Shown: positions 29,611 to 37,840 of the stretch, piece by piece
Layout: the number at the start of each line of letters is the position of its first letter
Position numbering within the stretch: the stretch's first letter is position 1
NCBI GenBank assembly: GCA_963665125.2
Contig: CAXXUK010000001.1
Coordinates: 1,632,001-1,696,000, forward strand
DNA: 64,000 bases
Direction: 5' to 3'
DNA from: an uncultured Desulfarculus sp.
Lineage (GTDB): Bacteria > Desulfobacterota > Desulfarculia > Desulfarculales > Desulfarculaceae
Notes under the pieces: model-generated
Seen by the model: only the letters and a program-made list of their open reading frames with translations
What the model was told of the DNA's origin: nothing
The model's database searches: none
Made by a program: the position numbers and the translations under genes

Positions 29611-29959
29611 CCGCCTGTTCCGCAACAATTTGCAGCCGGTCGACCTGGCCAAGGCGGTGCAGCGGGCCGTGTTGAAAAACGAACGCCGCACCCTGAGCCG
29701 AGCATACGGGCCCAATCTGTTCAAGGTCAAACTGCCCCAGGCTGATTATCAGCGCCTGGAGCCGGTGTTGCCGGAGATAGAACGAGACATCCTGGCCTGG
29801 CTCACGCAGTTCATGGAAGGACAAGGCCTGGAGCCCTTCGGCGTGCTGGGTCTTGCCTTCAGTCCCGGAAGTGATCTGCGAAGCCCCAAGGTGGAAGCAT
29901 CCTTTCACGGAGAAGAGTTGTGCCTGCGCGAATCGGAAAATACACGGGTCTCGAACTGA
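29564..29959 (+). CDS. Stand-alone DUF3662 (FhaA N-terminal) protein
   Basis: LF...LQPVDLAKAV.R, PN.F.V.L...DY..L. Confidence 0.8.
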   Translation: MPRLTLMDMAIGQGLDRLFRNNLQPVDLAKAVQRAVLKNERRTLSRAYGPNLFKVKLPQADYQRLEPVLPEIERDILAWLTQFMEGQGLEPFGVLGLAFSPGSDLRSPKVEASFHGEELCLRESENTRVSN

Positions 29960-31593
29960 TCGGCCAAGGCGCCACGGCATCGGTGTACCTGGCCCAGCAT
30001 CCGGACCTGCGCCAGCCAAGGGCCATCAAGGTCTTTGAAACCGGCCGCACCGTCGACAGCAAGGGGCTGTTGCCCGAGGCAGTGCATCAGGCCGGCCTGA
30101 GCCACCGGCGCATTTTGCAGGTCTATGACCAGGAAATCGACCCCCAGACCGGCAAGCTCTTTCTGGTCATGGAATACGCCCCCGGCGGCAGCCTGCGGGC
30201 TCTGCTGGACAAGGAGGGCCCCCTGGAGCCTGCCCAGGCCTTGGAGTTGGCGGCCCAGGTGGCCGATGGACTGGCAGAGGCCCACGAAGCAGGCATCAGC
30301 CACCTGGATATCAAGCCCGAGAATATCCTGCTGCGCGTTCCCGGTGACGCGGTGATCAGCGATTTCGGCCTGGCCGTAGCCCTGGAATCCTGTCCGGAAG
30401 GACATCCTGGCGGTACGCCCAACTACATGCCCCCGGAGCAGATCCAGGGTTCATATGGTCTTTCCTGCGATGTCTGGGCCCTGGGGGCCATGCTTTATGA
30501 AATGCTCACCGGGCGGCTGTGTTTTGAGGGCGAGGACCGCGACACCATCGTCCAGGCCGTGCTCAGCGGTCCCGGCGACATCGCGGCCAGGATGCGCCAC
30601 TGCGGTCTGACCACAACCTCCGGCGTCAGCAATCTGCTACACCGCATGCTGGAGATGGACCCGGCCCGGCGTATTGACGCGGACCAGGCCCGCCGCGAAC
30701 TGGAGGTTCTGAACCGGCAATCCGGCGGCCAAGATGAAGAAGGCGGCAAAAAAGTCAGCCAGGGGCTGCCCACAGAGGCGCCACAATGGCGGTGTAAAAA
30801 ATGCGGGGGCGACGCACCCTGGGGCATGGATATTTGCATGGAGTGCGCCCGTGAGGAAATGCCCCGGATAACCTTGAACGAAAAAACCGCCAAGCCACGG
30901 CAAAACCGCAAAGTCTTGGCCATGGCCGCCTGCGCCATACTCGTTTTGATCGGCACCATGGCCGCCGGGGCCTATATCTGGCAAGAGCAGCCCCCAAAGC
31001 CCGGCTCCATAGCCCTGGTGGAACAAGCGCCGACACCCGCGGCGACCCAAACCACGGCGGCCCAGCAGGTTGCCGCCCCGGAGACGCCGCAATCGGCACC
31101 CGTCGCCGCCTCGGACACGCCGCAGGTCCCCTCAACGGCGGTGCATAAGGAAATGGCCACTGCGCGGCCGCCTTTGCCAAGGCCGACACGCGTTGCAAAG
31201 CCCATCACTCCTCCCCGGGTAAAGGCTCTGGCCGTTCCGAAAAGGACCGCAATCGCCGCCCCGGCCAGGGCGGTCATTGAACCCAGGACGGCCAAATCCG
31301 CGCCCATTGCCAAGGCTGAACCGGCCAGTGCCGTGGCGCCGGGCAACAATGCCATTTTCAAGGCCATGTCCGGCCAGGGCGGCCGGGCCGAGGGCGTGCT
31401 CCGCGAAAAACTGCGGGCCCAGCCCGGCCACACCGGCTCGTCGCGCAACCTGGCGCTGTTGCTGGTGGAGCAAAAACGCTATAAGGAGGCCCTGGGCATT
31501 TTGAGCAAACTGGTACGCAAGCACCCCGGCGACGCGGAGGCGGCCCAGGCCATGGAGATTACCAGGCGGCTGCTGGCCTCCGGAAGGCCATAA
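29920..31593 (+). CDS. Membrane Ser/Thr kinase: kinase - Zn ribbon - TM - Pro/Ala linker - TPR
   Basis: GQGATA, AIK, HLDIKPEN, DFG, GTPNYMPPE; CKKC..CMEC; TM; C-terminal TPR. Confidence 0.92.
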   Translation: MPARIGKYTGLELIGQGATASVYLAQHPDLRQPRAIKVFETGRTVDSKGLLPEAVHQAGLSHRRILQVYDQEIDPQTGKLFLVMEYAPGGSLRALLDKEGPLEPAQALELAAQVADGLAEAHEAGISHLDIKPENILLRVPGDAVISDFGLAVALESCPEGHPGGTPNYMPPEQIQGSYGLSCDVWALGAMLYEMLTGRLCFEGEDRDTIVQAVLSGPGDIAARMRHCGLTTTSGVSNLLHRMLEMDPARRIDADQARRELEVLNRQSGGQDEEGGKKVSQGLPTEAPQWRCKKCGGDAPWGMDICMECAREEMPRITLNEKTAKPRQNRKVLAMAACAILVLIGTMAAGAYIWQEQPPKPGSIALVEQAPTPAATQTTAAQQVAAPETPQSAPVAASDTPQVPSTAVHKEMATARPPLPRPTRVAKPITPPRVKALAVPKRTAIAAPARAVIEPRTAKSAPIAKAEPASAVAPGNNAIFKAMSGQGGRAEGVLREKLRAQPGHTGSSRNLALLLVEQKRYKEALGILSKLVRKHPGDAEAAQAMEITRRLLASGRP

Positions 31594-31690
31594 TTGGCAT
31601 GAGTTTTTGCCGTGAATCTGGCAATATGAGTTATCCGCATTCCGGAAGAATCGGACGTTGGCATTGTTTCCGCCATCGCATAGTGGTGAT

Positions 31691-33184
31691 ATGAAGGCTG
31701 TATCAAAAATAACCTGTCTGCTGCTCCTGGGGTTGCTCACGACCGTGGCCGCTTGCGCCACCTATGACCAAGGGCCCTGGGGCACGAGATACGACCCGGT
31801 GCCCTTTAATTATGGCAAGGCTCCACAGCCCAGCATTTCCCTGGGCCAGGTGACCAACCATATCGGCTACGGCGACCCCAGGCAGGTGCGCTTCAACGTG
31901 TGGTTGAAACGTCCGGTCAGCCAACAGGTACGATTGGCGGTAAACGACGTGCTGATGCACTCGGGCTTCAACCTCAACGGCGGACCGGTGCGCCTGGATG
32001 TTCAGGTCCAGGCCCTGGGCTTCGGCCAAGGCGCCTGGGGCTGGTCCACCACCACGCTGACCTTTATCATGACCCGCATCAGCGACGGTTCGCTGATCTT
32101 CAGCAAGACCTACACCACCAACCGGCCTTATATACGCACCATTTATGACCTGGGCCTTGTCGAGCAACAATTGCTCAAGTGCATCACCGCCTTTGTTCAG
32201 GACCCCGACGCCCGCCAGATCATCGCCAACACCATGGCCTATGCCGCTGCCATGGCGGCCTCAGGGGCGCCCGCGCCGCAACCACCGGTGCCCCAGCCCA
32301 CTCCAACGCCGCGGCCCACCGTTAAACCGAAACCGACGCCTACACCAACGCCCAAGCCCGTGGCAACGCCCACATCGGAACCACCCCTGGCCGCTGGCGG
32401 CCCCATCCAGCGCTGGGCCCTGGTCATCGGAGTGAGCAACTACGCCGACACCCGCATCCCGGACCTGCGCTATGCCGAGCGCGACGCCAAGGCCATGTAC
32501 CACTGGCTAATCGCTCCGGGCGGCGGAGCCTATGCCTCCAGCCGGGTCAAGGTTCTTTTAGGCCAGGAGGCCACCCTGCGCAATATGCGCGAGGCCTTAT
32601 TCGATTGGCTCAAGCAGCCCCACCCCGAGGACATGGTGGTGATCTACTTTGCCGGGCACGGCTCGCCCGACTCGCCCGACGGCGACGACAACCTGTTCCT
32701 GCTGCCCTATGACGCCGATTACTCCAAGATCGGGGCCACGGGCCTGCCCATGTGGGAATTCAAGAACGCCCTCCAGCGCATGGTCAAGGCCAAGCGGGTG
32801 GTGATCTTGGCCGACGCCTGCCACTCCGGCGGCATGGGCTCTGAGTTTGACATCGGCCGCCGGGGTCTGGACATCAAACCAAAAGTCAACAAAGCCTTCC
32901 AGGAAATGTCCAAGACCAGCCAGGGCGTGGCCGTATTCACCGCCTCGGACAACAGCCAACTCACCCAGGAAGCCGTCAGATGGGGCGGCGGCCACGGAGT
33001 GTTCACCTGGGCCGTTCTAAGGGGCCTGGGCGGCAAGGCCGACTACAACGGCGACGGCAAGGTCACCCTGGGCGAGTTGATTCCCTATGTTTCCGAAACC
33101 GTGAGGGAAGAGACAGGCGGCAACCAGGCACCCACGGTGTCCGGCCGCTTCGACCCTGCCCTGACCCTGGGCGGCTCGTCTTAA
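31691..33184 (+). CDS. Lipoprotein caspase-family peptidase (C14)
   Basis: Lipobox VAA/C; WALVIGVSNY, YFAGHG, ADACHSG, HGVFT, AD.N.DG.VT..EL..YV. Confidence 0.93.
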   Translation: MKAVSKITCLLLLGLLTTVAACATYDQGPWGTRYDPVPFNYGKAPQPSISLGQVTNHIGYGDPRQVRFNVWLKRPVSQQVRLAVNDVLMHSGFNLNGGPVRLDVQVQALGFGQGAWGWSTTTLTFIMTRISDGSLIFSKTYTTNRPYIRTIYDLGLVEQQLLKCITAFVQDPDARQIIANTMAYAAAMAASGAPAPQPPVPQPTPTPRPTVKPKPTPTPTPKPVATPTSEPPLAAGGPIQRWALVIGVSNYADTRIPDLRYAERDAKAMYHWLIAPGGGAYASSRVKVLLGQEATLRNMREALFDWLKQPHPEDMVVIYFAGHGSPDSPDGDDNLFLLPYDADYSKIGATGLPMWEFKNALQRMVKAKRVVILADACHSGGMGSEFDIGRRGLDIKPKVNKAFQEMSKTSQGVAVFTASDNSQLTQEAVRWGGGHGVFTWAVLRGLGGKADYNGDGKVTLGELIPYVSETVREETGGNQAPTVSGRFDPALTLGGSS

Positions 33185-33193
33185 AAAAAAGCC

Positions 33194-33220
33194 GCGCCGG
33201 AGACCAAAGCCCCCGGCGCG
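33194..33220. terminator. Hairpin between convergent genes
   Basis: gcgccgg...ccggcgc preceded by an A tract. Confidence 0.6.
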
Positions 33221-33240
33221 CAGGTTAGCTCAACATGCCG

Positions 33241-33561
33241 TTATCGGCGTGGTTCGACCACCCATTCCAGCGGTACGTTCCACTCGTTGGTACCGGTCGG
33301 CAGGTTCATGCCCCAAGCACGGGTAATAGTCGGTTGCCGAGTGTCGCCGCTCCAGGCAACCGGAATATTCCATTCGTTGGTGGCGGCCAAACGGTGCCCA
33401 ACCACCACAGGGGCGGAACGGGGCGCCAGGTATTGGCTGTCGATGAAGCCTTCCGGCAAACTATTGGCCGCATCCATCATGCCTACGTCAAAGGCCGATG
33501 CGGGAGCGCTTAGTCCAAGCAAAAGGGCGAGGGCCAAGGCTGCAATTCTTAGTCGTGCCAT
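33241..33561 (-). CDS. Small secreted protein with internal TNEWN repeat
   Basis: Signal peptide ..ASA/FDVG; TNEWNIP and TNEWNVP. Confidence 0.7.
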   Translation of the reverse strand: MARLRIAALALALLLGLSAPASAFDVGMMDAANSLPEGFIDSQYLAPRSAPVVVGHRLAATNEWNIPVAWSGDTRQPTITRAWGMNLPTGTNEWNVPLEWVVEPRR

Positions 33562-33612
33562 TTTCACCCTCCAGTGAAGTTAATCGGTTGACGCTTTCCT
33601 GATAACTATTAC

Positions 33613-33629
33613 TGCATAAGGTGTGCCAA
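33613..33629 (-). promoter_or_regulatory. sigma54 -24/-12 promoter
   Basis: Minus strand TTGGCAC-acctta-TGCA with GG-N10-GC spacing, ~50 nt before the start codon. Confidence 0.7.
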
Positions 33630-33803
33630 AATGAACCATCATTCATTTTGGCACAGATGACGTGCATTTATGGATAGCCAAGAAAAAACGAACGTATGCC
33701 AATTTGGAATACATATCAGAAAATACATTCCAAATTGGCACAGAAAAGCCCCCGCGCCAAAAACACGGGGGCCTGTTGTCTTTTTTACATATTGTTCTGG
33801 ACG

Positions 33804-34109
33804 CTAGCGGGTGTCACCCTCCCGGGTATTGTCTCCGGGCATCGTATCGCCGTCTTTCTCCTGCTGACCGTCGGAGGTCTGCTTCTTTTTCCTTGGCGGC
33901 AGGTACTGGTCCATCATTATGGGACCTCCGCCTTCATTGTAGCCGCCGGAACCTTTCCATTTGCTTGGAGGGCGGTAATTGTAACCGTCACCCAGGCTGC
34001 GAAAGGCATCGGACTCTCCCACGTCATAGGCCGAAGCCGTTGACGGGATTGCCAGCATCAAACCCAGCGAAACAACACAGAAAAATGTTTTGATAGCTCT
34101 ATATTCCAT
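33804..34109 (-). CDS. Small secreted protein, paralog of 33241-33561
   Basis: Signal peptide ..ASA/YDVG; shared DVG..DA..SL..G and QYL.PR motifs. Confidence 0.7.
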   Translation of the reverse strand: MEYRAIKTFFCVVSLGLMLAIPSTASAYDVGESDAFRSLGDGYNYRPPSKWKGSGGYNEGGGPIMMDQYLPPRKKKQTSDGQQEKDGDTMPGDNTREGDTR

Positions 34110-34139
34110 TTTGGAATACTCCCCGGCGGCCTCGGCTCG

Positions 34140-35105
34140 CTAGACGGGCCGCACCCTGTCCCAGGCCTGCTCGGCCTCGGAAACCATCCGCTCAAACAGC
34201 TCTGACACCGAGGGGATGTCGTTGGTCAAACCAACCCCCTGGCCGCAGCTGATGATGCCCACGTCCAGCTGGCCGCTGTCATACATCTTTTTAGCGTTCT
34301 CGCCAGCTACGATGGGCAGTAACTCTTCGAAGCTGCCACCCTTGGTCTCGACCTCCAAGCATTTTTTGGCCGCCTCGTTGGCCCATACGCGGTGGGTGGC
34401 GTGGATGGAACGCATGATCAGCATGGTGTCGGTCTCCTGGGCATTCAGGAGCATCTGTTTGACGTTGTCGTGCAGGGGACATTCCTTGGTGGCCATGATC
34501 CGGGTGCCTATGATGGCCCCCACCGCGCCCAGAGTCAGTACGGCCAGCAGGCCCCGGCCGTCGGACACGCCGCCGCCGCCGATAACCGGCAGATTCACCG
34601 CGTCGACGACCCTGGGAACCAGCACCAGGGTGCCGATATCCAAGGCGCCGGTGGCGCCGCCGTTTTCATAGCCCACCACGGTTACCATGTCCGCGCCCAT
34701 GGCCTCGACCTTTTTGGCGTAACGTACGCCCACGCATTTGTGAATCCAGGTCATGCCCGCGTCCTTGAACCGGCCGCAAAGGTCTTCCGGCGCCGAGTGG
34801 CCCGATGTTTCCACGATCTTGACGCCCTTGTCGATGAGGACATCCAGGTAGTCATTGTTGTCTATGGGACGCATGGATGGAAAAAGGTTGATGTTGACCG
34901 CAAAGGGGTTACTGGTAATTTCCCTTATCCTGTCGATTGCCGCGGCGAACTCGTCCCTGGACTGATAAATGGCCGAGGCCAGTACGCCCAGGCCGCCGGC
35001 ATCGGAGATGGCTCCCACGAAATCCGCCGTGGAAATGTGCATCATGGTTCCGCCGACAATGGGATGTTTGACGCCCAACATCTCGGTGAGCTTGGTCTTC
35101 AACAT
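34140..35105 (-). CDS. Nitronate monooxygenase/FabK-like flavoprotein
   Basis: HPIVGG.M, AGGLG.L, PFAVNI, GGGVSDGRG, GTR..ATKE. Confidence 0.9.
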   Translation of the reverse strand: MLKTKLTEMLGVKHPIVGGTMMHISTADFVGAISDAGGLGVLASAIYQSRDEFAAAIDRIREITSNPFAVNINLFPSMRPIDNNDYLDVLIDKGVKIVETSGHSAPEDLCGRFKDAGMTWIHKCVGVRYAKKVEAMGADMVTVVGYENGGATGALDIGTLVLVPRVVDAVNLPVIGGGGVSDGRGLLAVLTLGAVGAIIGTRIMATKECPLHDNVKQMLLNAQETDTMLIMRSIHATHRVWANEAAKKCLEVETKGGSFEELLPIVAGENAKKMYDSGQLDVGIISCGQGVGLTNDIPSVSELFERMVSEAEQAWDRVRPV

Positions 35106-35291
35106 TTTTTCCTCCACCGTATCTCAATTATAGATAATTCAGGACGCCTGCGGGAACGATCCATACAATGCTTGTAACATATTCCGGGCGGCGTTTGCAT
35201 AATTTAGTTTGTATGCGAGATAATTTTCCGAACAAACGAACGGTATCGGATGATCCTAACCGGCTACTCATGCTTCGCATCTGCTTTTACG

Positions 35292-37484
35292 CTAGGACGT
35301 GGCAGCCTTCCTGCCGTTGAGCGGGCCGTCCAACCGGCCGCCGCAGGAAGTCAGCAGTTCGCTCAGTTCACCGCCGGGCAATGGTTTGCTGAACAAAAAG
35401 CCCTGGGTTTGGTCGCATTCATTGCGCCGCAGGAAATCGAGTTGGGCCTCTGTCTCCACGCCCTCGGCCACCACCTCCAGGTTCATGCTCTTGCTCATGG
35501 CGATGATTGTGTTGACCAGCAGGGCCTCGTCGTCGCTGTTGAGGGCGTCGCGGATGAACAGGCGGTCGATCTTCAGTGAATCCATGGGGAAACGCTTGAG
35601 GTGATACAGCGATGAGTAGCCCCGACCAAAGTCGTCCATGGACAAATGCACGCCAAGGTCGCTGAGCTGACGCATGGTCTCGATGGCCCGGTCCACGTCG
35701 TTCATAACCGCGTTTTCTGTTACTTCCAGTTCCAGGCATTGAGCCGGCAGCCCGCTTTCATCCAATGCCGAACGCACCACATCCACCAAATCGCGCTGGT
35801 TGAACTGACGGGGCGAGAGGTTCACGGCCACGCACAGGCTTCCGAACCCCATGTCGTGCCAGCCCTTGGCGGCCAGGCAGGCCTGGCGCAGGACCCATTG
35901 GCCGATGCCCACGATCATGCCGTTTTCCTCGGCAAGGGGTATGAACTCGCCCGGCGGCACCAGGCCGCCGTTGCCCGGCCTCATCCAGCGCACCAAAGCC
36001 TCGGCGCCCATGATGCAGCCGCTGTCCAAGGATACCTTGGGCTGATAGTGCACCACGAACTCTTCCCGTTCCATGGCCTTGCGCAGGTCGTTTTCCATGG
36101 CCAAGCGCTGGATCACCTGCTGATTCATGGCCGGGGTGAACATCCTGTAGGTGTTGCGCCCGTCTTCCTTGGCCCGGTACATGGCCATATCCGCGTTGGC
36201 GGTCAGGCTCTCTGGATCTTGGCCGTCATGGGGGAACAGGGTCACGCCGATGCTGGCGGTGACATAGAGTTCATAACCGCTGATGGCAAAAGGCCCGGAC
36301 ACGACCTCCAGCAGGCGTTCTGCCACCACACCGGCGCTCTCCGGGTCGGTGGCGCTTTGCAACAGCACCATGAATTCATCGCCGCCGATGCGGGCCGCCG
36401 TATCTTCGTCGCGAAGCACCCCTTGCAGGCGCTCGGCCACGGCCTGCAACAGCGAGTCTCCCACCGCGTGTCCCAGGCTGTCGTTGATGGTCTTGAAGTG
36501 GTCCAGGTCCAGAAACAGCACGGCCAGGCCCTGCTCCTGGCGTTGGGCGTGGGCCATGGCCATGTTCAGGCGATCGTTGAAGAGCAGGCGGTTGGGCAGG
36601 CCGGTGAGGGCGTCGTGATAGGCCTGAAAGGCGATCTGTTCCTCGCTGCGTTTGAGCTGGGTAACGTCGATGAAGTTCTCGACAATGCCCAGGAGCTGAC
36701 CGTCGGGGCCCCTGAAGGGCACGGCGGTGACGATGATATTCAGGGGCGCGCCGTCAGGGCCTTTGCGCTCCATCCTGTATTCGATCTTGGTCTCTCCGGC
36801 GATGATCCGTTCCAGGGGGCAGTCGCCTCCCTTGCAGCGGCCGTGCAGCCACGCCTGGTCGCACTTGCGCCCCACCACATTGCGTGCGTCCGGCCCGAAA
36901 AGCTGTTGAAAGGCATGGTTGACGCGCAACACCGTGCGGTCGGCTGATATCACGCAAACCGCCGAGGCCACGATATTGAAAAGCTGATCCAGTTCGCTGT
37001 AGGCGAAGGTCAGGGCCGTTTCGGCCTCTTGTTGGCTGGTGACATCGACCAGATGGGCCAGGGCGGCCGGTTTGCCGTGGTGGAAGACCTGGCTGGTGTG
37101 GCTGTCCACCCAGATCACCCCGCCGTCGGCCCGCAACCCCCGGAAACGCTGCTTGGTCTTGGTCCCGTTGTCGCAAAGGCGCTGGCGAATCCGTCGCTTG
37201 ACCTTGTCGAGATCATCGGGATGGACCATATCCCAAAGGCAGCGTCCCAGCAGCTTTTGGGGCTCGTCATAGCCGAACATGTCGGCGAGACGGTCATTGA
37301 CATAAACAAAATGCCCGTCCTGGTTGATATTGACGCCGACCATGGCGCTGTCGGCCAGGACGCGGAACAACGCGGCCTCTTCGGCCAGTACGGCTATCTC
37401 TTTTCGGAGATTGGCGTTTTCAGCGTGAAGACGCTGAACTTCCAGACGTAACGAATCGAAATCGTTTGTTGGGCTCTTGCTCAT
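35292..37484 (-). CDS. PAS-PAS-GGDEF-EAL c-di-GMP enzyme
   Basis: DALTGLPNR, RIGGDEF, EALVRW, DDFGRGYSSL, AEGVET. Confidence 0.95.
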   Translation of the reverse strand: MSKSPTNDFDSLRLEVQRLHAENANLRKEIAVLAEEAALFRVLADSAMVGVNINQDGHFVYVNDRLADMFGYDEPQKLLGRCLWDMVHPDDLDKVKRRIRQRLCDNGTKTKQRFRGLRADGGVIWVDSHTSQVFHHGKPAALAHLVDVTSQQEAETALTFAYSELDQLFNIVASAVCVISADRTVLRVNHAFQQLFGPDARNVVGRKCDQAWLHGRCKGGDCPLERIIAGETKIEYRMERKGPDGAPLNIIVTAVPFRGPDGQLLGIVENFIDVTQLKRSEEQIAFQAYHDALTGLPNRLLFNDRLNMAMAHAQRQEQGLAVLFLDLDHFKTINDSLGHAVGDSLLQAVAERLQGVLRDEDTAARIGGDEFMVLLQSATDPESAGVVAERLLEVVSGPFAISGYELYVTASIGVTLFPHDGQDPESLTANADMAMYRAKEDGRNTYRMFTPAMNQQVIQRLAMENDLRKAMEREEFVVHYQPKVSLDSGCIMGAEALVRWMRPGNGGLVPPGEFIPLAEENGMIVGIGQWVLRQACLAAKGWHDMGFGSLCVAVNLSPRQFNQRDLVDVVRSALDESGLPAQCLELEVTENAVMNDVDRAIETMRQLSDLGVHLSMDDFGRGYSSLYHLKRFPMDSLKIDRLFIRDALNSDDEALLVNTIIAMSKSMNLEVVAEGVETEAQLDFLRRNECDQTQGFLFSKPLPGGELSELLTSCGGRLDGPLNGRKAATS

Positions 37485-37840
37485 GCACCGCTCCCTGCGG
37501 ACTGCCGTCACTGTTCAGGCATTACTCCACCCCCGCCGATAAAGCGGGCGCGGCCGACGCCTGCCAACCGTGCCAATCCGGTCGACATCGTCTTTTACCT
37601 GGTTATCAGTGCGGCTCCACAACCCCGCGAGGGAGCCGCGCCGCCGTGCGAATGCATCCCCTGGTGGCGGCGTTATCAAGGAGCATATCAAACAATTTCA
37701 CACAATTGAACAACTTTTTTTGGCAAGCGGTTGAAGATTGTGGCGTATTTGTCCGTTCATCTGGACCATAAACGACTTTTCGTACGACAATACGGAACGG
37801 GCGGCCGAATCGGCCGCCCGCATATTTATTCGGATAGGGC

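Noticed and set aside
31596..31675. sigma54 promoter before the caspase
   Set aside because: TGGCAT...TTGC has 11-nt spacing; the correctly spaced alternative has a poor -12 and is very close to the ATG.
23070..33184. Craspase-like cleavage of the anti-sigma by the caspase
   Set aside because: The caspase is a predicted exported lipoprotein and the anti-sigma is cytoplasmic; no CRISPR components present.
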